Origin: Rebecca billardiae RCC1528
Lineage: Eukaryota; Protista; Haptophyta
DNA length: 64,000 nt
NCBI GenBank assembly: GCA_965240325.2
Contig: OZ251231.1
Coordinates: forward strand, 1,922,001-1,986,000
Direction: 5' to 3'
Shown here piece by piece: positions 48,778 to 60,663 of this stretch. A program made the position numbers and the translations under genes. A model generated the notes under the pieces. That model saw only the letters and a list, made by a program, of their open reading frames with translations. It made no database searches and had not been told where the DNA came from. How positions within the stretch are numbered: position 1 is the stretch's first letter; every line of letters begins with the position of its first letter.

Positions 48778-50255
48778 TGTTAGACTGAAGAAGAAGCGTG
48801 GGTGCTCCCTACCGCGCGTGTGGGCGATAGGTCCACCGGAAGCGACCAGGCGGGGCTAGGACCGCCCGAAGGGGCGAGGCGGACGGTGTCACATGACGGA
48901 TACGGATGCGTCAGCCCCGGAGGCCGGAGTACCCGGCTCGGGGCTTGGGGCTGCCGAGATAGTAGTGAGATCGTGCCTCCGCCGGTGGCGTGCGGGTAGA
49001 TGCGGAAACTTACCCGCGACTCCTGTGGAACGGTGTCACCGAGGACTGGTGCCCAGTCTGACACTCCTCCTCACCGACCACAGCGAGGTGCGGTGCCTGA
49101 GTGCGCGTGCGCGCGTGCGTAAGTGTGAGTGGGCGCGTAAGGCGAGCGTGCGTGTGCGTGCCCGACTGTCTAGCTACCAAGCTGTCCGGAAGCTGCGAAT
49201 CGCAGCAGCGATCGAGGGACGTCTGGAGTTGCTCGCGAATCCATCCGAGCAGTCGTACTCCAGTGAATGGACGCCTGCCGAGCTGGCTGACCAGGCTCGG
49301 GCTCGGCTTGGGCGTCGACGGGGGCGTGGTGCCCCAGGCAGTTGATCGAGTGATCGTGTGGTCGTGCCAGCTGCTGTGGACTTACCGAGATCCACCTGCC
49401 TGCTCCTCCTCGATGGGTCGCGTCGACGGCGACGGTGCACCACCGCGTGTGGGCTGGTGCAATGGGACATGGACTGGTCTCACGCGTAGAACCTTGTGTC
49501 GGCTTCGGCCGCAGAATGACGCTGCCTCGCAACCGCGTGTCACGAAGAAGCTGCACATAGCGAGCGCGGAGATGATCGAGCGGCGCGCGGTGTCGATCGA
49601 CATGATCGTATCCGCCGTCGCCTAGTGAACGCGTAGATCGCGCCTCATCTCCTCCTTGCAAGCTGCTCGGCCATCTTGGCGGTCGAGGGCTGCATTCATG
49701 AAGTCAATCGACTTGGTGTCGAGACTCCTCCTGCATCTGAGCAGGGCGTGCGACTCGGCGCACGATGACGACGCGAATGTCGCCGGAATGAGGTACGTCA
49801 GCACCTCCTCCTTGAAGGCTGCCGCGGTTGGGCTAGCCTGCCTTGGACCATCCGACTCGGATGTGAATCGTCTCGCGAGCTCGCAACGCGCGATGCGCGC
49901 GAGCGCGTTCCTTGCGCCAGCGAGGTCGGATCCGGTAACGAGCGCGTCTCGTTGCTGACTCCGATACCATGTTAGACTGAAGAAGAAGCGTGGGTGCTCC
50001 CTACCGCGCGTGTGGGCGATAGGTCCACCGGAAGCGACCAGGCGGGGCTAGGACCGCCCGAAGGGGCGAGGCGGACGGTGTCACATGACGGATACGGATG
50101 CGTCAGCCCCGGAGGCCGGAGTACCCGGCTCGGGGCTTGGGGCTGCCGAGATAGTAGTGAGATCGTGCCTCCGCCGGTGGCGTGCGGGTAGATGCGGAAA
50201 CTTACCCGCGACTCCTGTGGAACGGTGTCACCGAGGACTGGTGCCCAGTCTGACA
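48778..50255 (-). mobile_element. Intact non-autonomous LTR retroelement (TRIM-like, probably Copia-dependent)
   Basis: Two apparently identical 286-bp LTRs (48778-49063, 49970-50255) with TG...CA ends and TGTTAGACTG/CAGTCTGACA IR. 5-bp TSD ATTCT (48773-48777, 50256-50260). Minus-strand PBS TGGTATCGGAG next to the right LTR and PPT GAGGAGGAG next to the left LTR. No gag/pol ORF. Confidence 0.93.
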
Positions 50256-50552
50256 ATTCTGTACATAGGGCCGTGCGCCCTCAACTTCGTTGTTCACTAC
50301 CCGAAGATCGGCGTAGCCGATCATATTTATACGCGCGTTGTCGTATTATAATAATTAGTCGATGCATTCCGATTATAAGTAATAGCAACATCACCGCTCT
50401 TTACGTCAGTTAAGACTGGTGCGGCTGGCAACCGGCTACTGCGCATGTAAGCTAAATTCTGTCAAATGTAGCAGTAGTAGTTGTATAACGACTTAGCTAG
50501 CACTGTCGTACTAACGACTAATTCAATCTACTAGTAGTTACTACTTAGTAGT

Positions 50553-51521
50553 TTAACTGTTCAAAAAGTGACTCGACAGCATCGTGATCGTCGCAGGGCC
50601 AGCAACGCCACCGACGACAGCACATGCGTTTCCTAGGTGGCGCCAACGCACTGCGATCGACGCCACACCTGCTCCTTGGCTCGATCGAGTCTGCTTTGCG
50701 ATGCCCTCAGCCAATCGCGTGCCCACGAAGACGACATTGTCGCTCCTGTCATCCGCTAGAGTGAGCGCGCAACATGTTCCTGCCTCATCAAAGGCGGTCG
50801 CCCACTCAGCACGCAATCGGGCCACTTCGGGGCATGCCTGTAACTGGGTGGCCTCTGCAGGCCGAGGGGGGAGCACGTTCATGGCGACGACACCACCCAC
50901 ACGCACGCAGTCGCGCATCTCGCGCACAGCACCTGCAGTTGCCAACGATGCCACGGGTGCGCGCAGCGCGCTGTCGCCGCACCCTTCTGAGCATCGCGCA
51001 GCGCCGATGTCCACGAGGAGCGCGTCGAGCAGAGGGCCTCGCCGAGAATGTAGGTATGCGTGCGCGTCGTCGATGATGATGCGCACACGGGGGCACAGGC
51101 AGGCGCCAAAGTGGCGGCGGGCGGCATCAACGACTGCGCAGTCGTGCTCAACCACCTCGATCACCTCGCAGGCCGGGTGGTAGTGCGCCAGCGCATTGAC
51201 GAGCGCGGCACCACCGAGACCGAGCACACAGATGCGCCGCGGAGGCTCGTGCACGCGCGAGCGAAAAGCTAGTGCCGCCAGCATCGCACGGTGGTAGTCT
51301 AGCGCAAGGTCGCCGACATGAATCGCACCTGTTGCTGCCGACACGTGTATTGCCGATTGCACCAGCTCTTGCGCGGCGTCCGCGCCCTCGAAGCGCATCG
51401 TGCGACAGAGGTACGTACTACCCCGCTCGTGCGCCTCCTCGACCACGATGTCATGCCCGTGCGCGCTCCGCGTCCGCGCTCGCTCCTCCACCCTCATGTC
51501 GGCCGGCCGGAAGGCCGCCAT
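50553..51521 (-). CDS. SAM-dependent methyltransferase, spermidine synthase-like (METTL13 C-domain-like)
   Basis: RTMRF...VQSA, LALDYHRAM, ICVLGLGGAAL, VVEHDCAVVDAARRHFG, DDAHAY, DALLVD and GGVVAMN. Confidence 0.8.
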   Translation of the reverse strand: MAAFRPADMRVEERARTRSAHGHDIVVEEAHERGSTYLCRTMRFEGADAAQELVQSAIHVSAATGAIHVGDLALDYHRAMLAALAFRSRVHEPPRRICVLGLGGAALVNALAHYHPACEVIEVVEHDCAVVDAARRHFGACLCPRVRIIIDDAHAYLHSRRGPLLDALLVDIGAARCSEGCGDSALRAPVASLATAGAVREMRDCVRVGGVVAMNVLPPRPAEATQLQACPEVARLRAEWATAFDEAGTCCALTLADDRSDNVVFVGTRLAEGIAKQTRSSQGAGVASIAVRWRHLGNACAVVGGVAGPATITMLSSHFLNS

Positions 51522-51777
51522 GCTAGGCTGTGCATCCGACTCTGAGAAAATGGTATTCGAGCCGCGGCGATTTTCTCTGCTGCACCGCCCAAAAATCGCT
51601 CCTGACGAATCAATCCGGAACGGCGACATGAGCACGTGCAGCTCTCCATCCGGACAGGGTTGTGATTGCGAAGGCCCATTCTGCTATTCGCCTGGAGCGG
51701 AGTCGTGACGATCGAAAGGGAGAAGGGTTGCTCACCCTCATCCTCGCCGCGGTGATCTCGGACGGCGGGCGCTCGCG

Positions 51778-53226
51778 ATGTTCGCGCGCCGATTAGCCGC
51801 GGCGCTCCTATGGACAGGGCTCTTCACGAGCCCTTCGGGCTCGATGCGCAGCCTCGCCAGCCCCACCTTCCACACGCGGATACTCGCGCGGCCGTCGGCG
51901 CTGGTGGTGATGACAGACGTGCAGCAGCGGCAGGCGTCGAGCATCGCGGCCCCCGCGGCTCCGCGCGCGGAGATGAGCCCGGCCATGCTCGGCGCGCTGG
52001 AGGAGGGGTACGACATCTGCCGAAAGATCACCGCCAGCTACGCCAAGACGTTCTACCTCGGCACGCGCTTCATGGACTCGGAGCGCGCGCGCTCGATCTG
52101 GGCTGTCTACGCGTGGTGCAGGCGCACGGACGACATCGTCGACGCGCCGCGCGGCGGCGTGAAGTACCTGATGCGCGAGATCGCGACGTGGGGGGAGCGC
52201 CTCGAGGCGATCTGGGAAGGGCGCGCGTACGACATCGTCGACCTCCCGCTCGTCGACACGGTGCGGCGGTACCCAGACATGGACATTCAGCCCTTCAAGG
52301 ACATGATCGAGGGGATGCTGATGGACCTCTCGCAGGACCGGTACGCCACGTTCGACGACCTGTACGTGTACTGCTACCGCGTCGCGGGCACCGTCGGGCT
52401 GATGACGCTGCCCGTCATGGGCACCGCCGAGGGCGTCACGCACAAGGAGGCGGTCGAGCCTGTGCGTACGCACGCGCGCGCGCGCGCGCGCGCGGCCGCG
52501 GCGTGCAGATCGGCGGGCGAGCGGGCGGATTGCGGGACCGTGTCGATGACCCCGTGTTGAGCGCCTGCGCCCAGAGCCGATCGCTCAACCCCCGCCATCA
52601 CGCCCACGTTCCGCGTGTGCGCGCGCGCGCGCTCGGCCCTCCACGTACGCACGCAGGCGCTCGCGCTCGGCATCGCGTTGCAGCTGACCAACATCCTGCG
52701 CGACGTGGGCGAGGACGCGCGGCGCGGCCGCATCTACTTGCCCCAGGAAGATCTCGCGCAGTTCGGCGTGACGGAGGAGCAGGTGCTCGCCGGTCGGCTC
52801 GACGACAACTACGTGCGCATGATGCAGTTCCAGATCTCCCGCGCGCGCGAGTACTTTGACAAGTCTGAGGATGGCATCTCGAAGCTGAGCGAATCAGCGC
52901 GCATGTGCGGCGCGGCGCGTTGCGCGCGGCGCGCGGCGCGCGGCGCGCACGAGCGCGCGAGCGGGCGTGCCGCGCGCGCGCACGCACGCCGCGCTCGTCG
53001 CTCACGCGCGGCGCGCGCCTGGCGGCCCGCCGCGCGCCGCAGGCCCGTCCGGGCATCGCTCGACCTCTACAGGAAAATCCTCGAGCGCATCGAGTCGAAT
53101 GGGTACGACAACTTCCGCAAGCGCGCGTACGTGAGTAAGCTCGAGAAGTTCATGACGCTGCCGTCCTCCTACCTCAAGTGCATGGAGGCGGCCAAGCAGG
53201 CGGAGCGCAGCAAGAAGCCTCTCTAG
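51778..53226 (+). CDS. PSY: Phytoene synthase with N-terminal targeting peptide (introns 52462-52656, 52905-53042)
   Basis: [63 protein letters not shown] and [10 protein letters not shown]. Confidence 0.97.
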
Positions 53227-54156
53227 CCCGCGCAGGCGGGCGGAGGAGGCGCGGCGGCCGGCCCTGGCGACGCCCGCGGGTGTCGTCCGGGGAGGGCAGG
53301 GCACCAGCCTCGTGCCCCACCGGCGAGCGGCCATTCGAGCTCGTGCGGACTGGGCTCTCCCGCGCGCGCGGCTCCTACTTCTGGCCAGCGCGCAGCACGA
53401 GGCGCGGCGCATCGGCCAGCGCGCACCATAGACTCGGTTGGAGTGAGAGTGCTGCTCGACTCGCAGCGGACTTGAGCGTTGTGTGCGCGCGTGCGCGCGC
53501 GCGCTCAACGCAGGGGCGCAGGCGGTCACTTCTCCTCACTCACAGTCGGAAGCGACCAGCCGACCAGCCTCCTTGCTGGCACCACCAGCGCTGTATGCCC
53601 GATGCTGCGCACACCAAGTTGCACGAGTGACGACGTGCTCCTTGGCCGTGGTCAGCACGATGATGCCGGTCATACTACTGTAATCCCGGTCCGAGGCGGC
53701 GGCACTGACTCTGTGTACTGCCACCCGCAGTCCGCACACGGCGCAGCAATGCTGAGTGTGAAGGCCGCGCGCGTGATGACTTAATTTCGTCTTTCGACGC
53801 GACGCGACGGGAACACCGCGCAGACCGACGAATCGCGCAGCGTGTACTCTACGTCATCACTCACATCAGTATTCGTGTAACAATACTACGCGATGATACA
53901 GAGTTCCCCGGCGCAGGGATCGGCTAGTGGCTCGGGCCCTCCGTGCCCACACTGGGGCACCCTAGGGGGTGCCCAGTCTGCCGACTCGGCTCACACTCGA
54001 TGATCATCTCGAATTGCCGCAAGGCAGTGCACTGTCTTCGGGACTTCGGTGCACCCGCGTGCGGAACCACCCCACAGACTGACAGGCACAGACACAGTGT
54101 TGGGCTTGTATGCTGTTGGCAATGGCACTACCCCCGCCCCCTCTGAGTCTGGAGGC

Positions 54157-54598
54157 GGGCTGTCCACAGACCACAGTGGAGTACGTGGTGTCAAGGCACT
54201 TGGTGTCTCGGTCAGTGGGTTGAGGTTGGGTGAGGGTGGTGGTTGGTTGGTCAGGGCTGGCCAGGGTAGGGCTGGAGGCTTCGGCCGCCAGTCAGGCCTC
54301 AGGGGCGTTCCCCGCATCGGTCATACGCCAAATTGAACCGTCTTCCTATTGGAACGGGCTTCGTCCATGATTTGAAGCGGGTACATTGAATACGGAAAAA
54401 GGCAAAGCCCCCCCAGGGGGGGCTTTGCTTTTCTATTAAGTAAAATTCCCCTTTATAACGGGCTCCGGGTGATCAGACTGGCGGCCGAAGCCTCCAGCCC
54501 TACCCTGGCCAGCCCCCAACCAACCACCACCCTCACCCCACCTCAAACCACTGACCGAGACACCAAGTGCCTTGACACCACTCCGCTGTGGACAGCCC
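54157..54598. repeat. ~130-bp inverted repeat pair around a 182-bp spacer containing a strong hairpin (MITE-like relic)
   Basis: Arms at 54157-54293 and 54476-54598. Internal GCAAAGCCCCCCC-A-GGGGGGGCTTTGC at 54402-54428. Confidence 0.8.
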
Positions 54599-54778
54599 CG
54601 TACTGGTGACGAGTCGACGATACAGACGACGACGTCGAGACGACTGACTGACTGACGACAGACCATATATCTCGTCGTCATCCTGGATCCCACGAACTAA
54701 GATATTCTGCGAGCTCGCAATATAAATTGGCGGCGGGGGGCACCGGCGTCACGATCCGAAATCGACGATGATGATCAA

Positions 54779-56611
54779 TCACTGCAGATGAAGCGACGAT
54801 GCTGCGTGATGCCGCTGCTGCTGCTGCTCGAAGTGCTGCTGCTGCAGGAACCGCGGCGAGGTCATCATCGGCCCGGGGCTTACCACCGAGTCAACCACGA
54901 GCTCGTGTGCGGCATGGCCCGTCCACGAGGACGCGCCGCCAACGGGCAGTTCGGGGCCCGTCGCACTGCCAGCGCCGGCGCGCGGCGCGTCGCGTCGCAG
55001 AATGATGCGTAGCTCGTCCAACCGCGTCGTGCGCTCAGCCATCAGACGGCGCACGTCCTCGTACTCGGCAAGAGAGATGCGCGCAGCGAGCTCCTCGTCG
55101 ATCTGCGCGGAGCCCGATGAGCCGGAGTGCAGGTAGAGCTCCCACTGCCGCTGCTCTGCGATCTCGCGGATCATGAGGTCGACGCCGACGAGCGTCGTCA
55201 CGAGGAACTTGGACGAGACCCCAAAGAGAGTGGCGCCAAGCGTGCTCGGGCGCAGCAGGTGTGGCACCACTGTCTCGAGGACGACGCGCGGCAGCCCGTG
55301 CGGCCTGTGCCAGATGATCACCCACGCCAGGTTGCCGTACGCGAGCGCGAACGTGAGGAAGTTGAACCAGCGCACGTGCCTGAGGACACGCTTCATCTTG
55401 AGGTCGCTCATCGGCTTGGTGATGTTCACGGCAAGCCCGAGGGCAAACAGCGCCATCGGTCCGAACGCGAGCACGGCCAGCCCGCCGAGCAGCGCGAGCG
55501 AGCCCGAGAGCTGCAGCACGATGTCGTACATGCACCACACCAGCGGGCAATACAGCCACGGCAGCATCAGTACGAACATGCCCGGGATCGAGCTCTGCGG
55601 GACGAGCGTCTTGGTGGTGAGCGCGCCGCGCAGCAGCCCCGGCGCGAGCGAGAGCGCGGCGGGCACGAGCGTGCGGAGCGAGGTGCCTACGTGCATGAGC
55701 GCCGACGTCACGCTCACGGCCGTGCGCACGCGCGCGAGGAGCACAAGCACCGCCGCTGGCAGCTCGTCGTGGGCCGCCGCGCTTCCGTCGCGCAGCGCGC
55801 CGAGCGCGCGCGCGGCGAGGCGCATGCCGTGGTCAGCGCCGCCCGGCGATCGCTCAGCCTCAGCGCCATCTGCGGCTGGCGGCGACGCGAAGAGCGAGTC
55901 GCACGCGCGGCCCAGCGCGGCCGCCGCCGCCTCGCGCTCGCCCAGCCTGCGGTGCGCGTTCGCCTCGGCGCACGCCTGCTGCGTCGGCCCGAGCGCCTCA
56001 AACTCGGCCGAGCCAGGCAGCAGGTATTCGGGGCCGGGCGGCGGCGCAGCCTCGGCGCCACCCGCGTCCTCTGCAGGCTCGGTGGCGTGCAGCACGGCCT
56101 GGCGCGCGTGCAGCGCGCGCTGGAGCGTGGAGAGCGCCCCCGCCCCGTCCGCGCCGCCCTTGCCGCACGCGCAGCAGTGCTCCTCCGGCGAGCCGTGCCG
56201 GCTGCCCCCCATCGAGCGGAACATGGCGACCACGTGCCCGTGTGAGCAGAAGCCGCGGTCGGCAAAGTCCTCGCAGGAGAGGCCGTGGCTCGACCAGTGC
56301 GGCGTGTCCTCGCATGCCACCGGCGCGTGCGCGTGCGCGAGAGCATCCTGCGCCGCGACGCGAGTGCCATCGGGCGCGAACGCCGCGTGCACGGCCGTGC
56401 CGCACAGCCTGGGGGCGGCGGAGGGCGGGCGCGGCGTGCGGGAATCAGCACCGTCCGGTGCGCGCACAGCAGCCGCGGGCCATCGCGGCGCGGCGAAGGG
56501 CCTCTCTCGTGGCGCGCGCGCGCGCGCGCGCGCACATGGAGAACTTGGAGTAGAACGAGAAGAGCGTGCCGCCAGAGTCGGCACCAAACATACTGCACTG
56601 CGGCAGGCTGC

Positions 56612-56644
<33 letters not shown>

Positions 56645-57815
56645 GGCCGGACGTGAGCGCAGTGAGCAGCGCTGTCGCATTGTGCGCGCCCGCCTCAAGG
56701 GCGTGCGCGAGATCGGAGGCGACCGCGGCGGCGAGGCGGCCGCGCACGCCGAGCGTCTCGCGCAGCTCCGCCGCGTAGTCCGCCGCCGCTACCTCCATCG
56801 CGTCCTCGTTCACCGCGAAGCGCAGCGGCACCATGCTGATCGCGAATGGCGTGACAAACTCGAGCGTCCACAGGCAGAGCAGCACGCGCATGGAGAGCCA
56901 GTACCGGTGCCAGGACGCGAGCGCGACGGCGCACGGGAGCAGCGCGAGCCACTGCACCCCGGCGAGCGCGCTCGCGAGCCACCAGTCCACCCGCTTCGCG
57001 TCGACCACCGTGCGCGCCACACCGGCGAGCAGCACGCGCTCCGAGTAGTCTGCCAGCCCGACAGCGCACGAGCGCGCGCCGGACGACGGGTCGACCGCGC
57101 ACTCGCGCGCGGTGGCACCGTCGGTCGAGAGCGCCGATGCGGCCTCCCACCTGCGCACGTCGTCTAGGCAGGTGAACGCGTCTGCGGTCACGAAGCACGC
57201 CGTGCCGAAGCCGACGATCAGCGTGAGCAGCAGCGCAGAGCGGCGCCACGCCAGCAGGTTGATGGTGGCCGTCGAGCTCACGCCGTACGTGCTGGTCACG
57301 CGCGCGTGCTCCGCCTCCGAGGCGAGCGGGGTGACTAGGCTCGAGAACGAGCGACATGTGTGCGCCACCATCGAGGCAGCGCACGTAAACGGGCACAGCA
57401 GCGCGGAACAGCAGCGCTCGCGCAGCGAGGTGCGCGACGCCGGTCGGTCGTCGCGAGCGCTGGCGCGCCCAAAGCCGGAGGGAGCACCGGCGAAGGTGGG
57501 CATGGTCGGGAGTGGGGGCATCGTCGGGGCGTAGCGGCCTGCATTCGTCGGCGTGCCATGACCCAAGACCGACGTCTTATCCGGGCTGCTGTCGAGCACC
57601 CCCCACTGCGTCTGGCCCGTCTTCTCGTTGAGATAGAAGACAGCGCCGTCCACGGAGCGGAGTGCTGACCACCCCGGGGGGACGGCGCGCGGCGTGCCCA
57701 CGTTCTCTTGGCCGGGCGCGAGGCTGCCACACGAGCCCACGCCAAGCGAGCGCGGCGTCACCTGCGCGCGGTTGCGCAGCGGCGAGAGCGGCTCGGCGCG
57801 GCGTCCGGCATCCAT
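54779..57815 (-). CDS. WW-domain polytopic membrane protein with a Cys-rich module, probably extracellular (intron 56409-56535)
   Basis: WW-like VPPGWSALRSVDGAVFYLNEKTGQTQW, multiple TMs and the module CEDTPHW...SCEDF...FC...EEHCCACGKG. Confidence 0.75.
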
Positions 57816-57979
57816 GACCTCGCGTTTGAAGGGCCGTGCGCGCGCTCGGAACAAGTTCATCACTCGGAACCCCGAAACCACACCAGAGAAATGTTTCGTC
57901 AGCATCCGTGTATCGGACGTAGTCTCGTCCGGCCGGGGCGCCCGGGGTCCCCACAGCTGGTGGGTACCAGTATCATACT

Positions 57980-58759
57980 ATGGCGGGCTTCGCGGCTCTG
58001 CTCGCGTCGCTGGCCTTCTTCAAGTACACCAACCCGCATACTGGGCTCTCGCTCACGGCGTGCGCGTGCGACAAGTGTGGCTCGACGACGCTCATGTCCG
58101 TCCTGTACAATGCGATCGCGGCGCACCCCTCGAGCACTGTCCACCAGCACAACATCAGAAACTGGCACGAGCCCGGAGTGCACGCGACCGGGCAGCCCGG
58201 CGACGTGCACTTCCACGTAGTGCGCGACCCGATCGAGAGATACATCTCGGCGTGGCACTCGAGGCTTCAGTGCTGCAATGGCACCACGACCCGGGCATGC
58301 TTCAGCAAGCACGCAGTGGTGCAGTCGCTCGCAACAATGGCCAATCGGCCACACGTGCAATGCTTCACGTTCACCGATTTCGTCGACACGCTGCACTCGA
58401 TGCACACGAAGGGCAAGCAGGGCGGGCTTAACCCACACCTGCTGCCACAGGACCTCGCGTGCCCCAAGCCGGACCAGAAGGCCTTCGTCTTCCGTGGCGA
58501 CATCGCAAAGGTGGCATGCGCATTGGAGGCCCTCTCGCCAAAATATTTTGCGCGGCCGATCAAGGTGCCTCTCCATCACCACTCGACGACGCGCGAGGCC
58601 ATCCACAACGTCAGCGACGTGCATGGAGAAACGCTCAGGCGACTGTGCGAGGTGGCCGCCCCAGAATACAAATGGCTCGACTGGGAGCTCCCTCGGCCGT
58701 GCGCGCGGCTGCAGCATGTGCTAGCCGTGCTTCGCCATCCGAGGCATAGCGCCCATTGA
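57980..58759 (+). CDS. Sulfotransferase family 2-like protein
   Basis: Signal/anchor, CDKCGSTT (5'-PSB), VVRDPIERYISAW (3'-PB) and NPHLLPQ. Confidence 0.8.
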   Translation: MAGFAALLASLAFFKYTNPHTGLSLTACACDKCGSTTLMSVLYNAIAAHPSSTVHQHNIRNWHEPGVHATGQPGDVHFHVVRDPIERYISAWHSRLQCCNGTTTRACFSKHAVVQSLATMANRPHVQCFTFTDFVDTLHSMHTKGKQGGLNPHLLPQDLACPKPDQKAFVFRGDIAKVACALEALSPKYFARPIKVPLHHHSTTREAIHNVSDVHGETLRRLCEVAAPEYKWLDWELPRPCARLQHVLAVLRHPRHSAH

Positions 58760-59149
58760 CCCGGCGACGGTGCGCTTGGTGCTCGCACAACAGCTGGGTT
58801 GGCTTGCCTCGCGACTCGGGTCACGCGGGTGTGCAGGCGCGGCACTCTCTCTGCGCGCGCAGCCGCCGTCCGTCTTGCCGTGAGTCTCTCACTGAGTCTC
58901 TCGGCCACTTCTGGCGGGAGAAGTGATGAGCCGCTTATTTATTGTGTTTAATGACATCAGACGAACCGTGACCGTGTTCGTGAATCTGCGCCAATCGCCG
59001 GGTCTGAGCCTGAATATAGTCGTGAATTACGGCCCGGGTCGTGTCGTATAACATCAAGTCGACCGCTGCGGCGGAAATGCAGAGGCGGCCAGTGGCATTG
59101 AGAAGTCCGGACCGTGCTACCGTGCCGTAGCAGGACCGTCGGACTAACA

Positions 59150-60544
59150 TCAGCCGTTGGCTTGATCGTGCGCCGGCGGGCTGCACGGGCGGAGGAAAAG
59201 CAGGCAGCGGCAGATCCGCGCCGTGGACATGCGCGTCTGACCCTCTTCAAGCCCAAGCGACCAGCGCGCTGGTCGGTCGACGCATTTCACAGCGGCCATA
59301 CTGTACGGCACATTCTCACCGCCGTGGGGGGCGCGCGCCGCGCTTTCAAGTCTTCCATCAGGAACTCGGCAAAGTGCTCGCCCATCTTGCGCACGACCAC
59401 GCCCTCGGGCACGTCGAGCACCGCGCACGCGGCGCTCACCATGCGGAAGGCGATCGCGTCGTCGTACTGGCGCAGGTCGAGCAGCCGCCGCGGTGCAGCT
59501 GTCGTCAAGCAGACCGAGCGCGTGATCAGCAAGCGCGAGGCCGCGCTCGTTGTCACTCTCCGGCGGTTGCTCACGGTCCACACCGCGCGTCGAGCGCGGC
59601 GCCGGGTGCTCGTAGAGGAAGACGCCCGGGCGCTCCCCGTGCGCAGAGAGCACGAACGGTCGGTAGGACTCCCGCAGCGCCTCGAGCGAAAGCTGATGCT
59701 CGTCTGCCGCACTGCCGAGGCTGTCCTCGAACGCGCCCATCACCTGCGCGGCGTGGGCGGCGCGCAGGTGCCAGCCACGCGGCGCGCCAAAGATCGCGTC
59801 GTGCTCGAGGGCAAGGTAGAGCAGCGCCTCGCGGCGAACGGCCAGGCGCAGCGCAGAGATCCTCGCCTTGCTCGTGCCCTTCGTGGGGTGTGCGCACGCC
59901 GCGCGATCGGGCTCGACCACCTGGAGCCGCCCGTCGTCCTGCTTGTAGACGTACGCGTACGCGCTCGCCGGCAGGTGGCAGAGGTGCGCGAGGTGTGCCT
60001 CGCGCGGGATGTTTGGGTGGTGGCCAGACGGAGCAGTATAAAGGCCCACCACTCGCAACGAGCTCACCGCCGACGCGCCGTCCTCGGCGGGCGTGAACGC
60101 GTCTCGCCCCGATCCGACATAGCAGCACTCGTCGCCGCACGCCTGCAGCGCCGCGGCGCGTGGCAGCCGAACCCATGTTGGCGTCTCACCCTGGCTGTCG
60201 GCGTTGTCGGGGTTCGACAATGGCTTTCCGCGTACCACGTCCCTGCACTCGAGAATGTCGGCCAGTGTCGTCTCACCGAGCTGTGGCTGGCCCCGCTTCG
60301 CGGGGTCGCTCGCAAGAGGCCCAGCCGCGGAGAAGTGCAGTGCAGCGGCGAGAACGGCGGCGAGGAGGCCGAGCGCCAGCGGGCGGAAGGTCGCCGGTGA
60401 CCTCGTCGAGCGGCGGCGGTCCCGTGCCGAGCGCGCCGCGGCCCGCACGCGCCGACTGCACGGCCCGCGCTCCGCGGCCGCGATCGCGACAGCGGTGTCC
60501 TCGGACGGGCGCACGGCGGCCAGTCCGGGTGGGCCCAACCCCAA
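59150..60544 (-). pseudogene. Probable chimeric or disrupted gene: anchored unknown domain followed by an out-of-frame H-NOX fragment
   Basis: No ATG before the anchor LALGLLAAVLAAALHF. Coding-like sequence runs to ~59500, then a different frame reads LLDLRQYDDAIAFRMVSAACAVLDVPEGVVVRKMGEHFAEF. Confidence 0.45.
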
Positions 60545-60663
60545 TTTTGGGTTGAGCCTCGCCCGGACCTACAGATGGCCAGGCGCGGAGGCACCCCAGT
60601 GCAGTGACAACGTATCCCGCCATCAAATTTGTCGGGAGCGCCCGCCCGCCTCCTCGAGAGTCG

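Noticed and set aside
49064-49969. gag/pol remnants in the LTR element interior
   Set aside because: No recognisable zinc knuckle, protease, integrase, RT or RNase H motif in any listed frame.
50553-53226. Carotenoid biosynthetic cluster around PSY
   Set aside because: No other carotenoid genes are in the window, and the methyltransferase neighbour has no evident link.
54396-54433. Bacterial rho-independent terminator
   Set aside because: The context is eukaryotic nuclear DNA with no upstream bacterial-type gene; kept only as a hairpin in a repeat.
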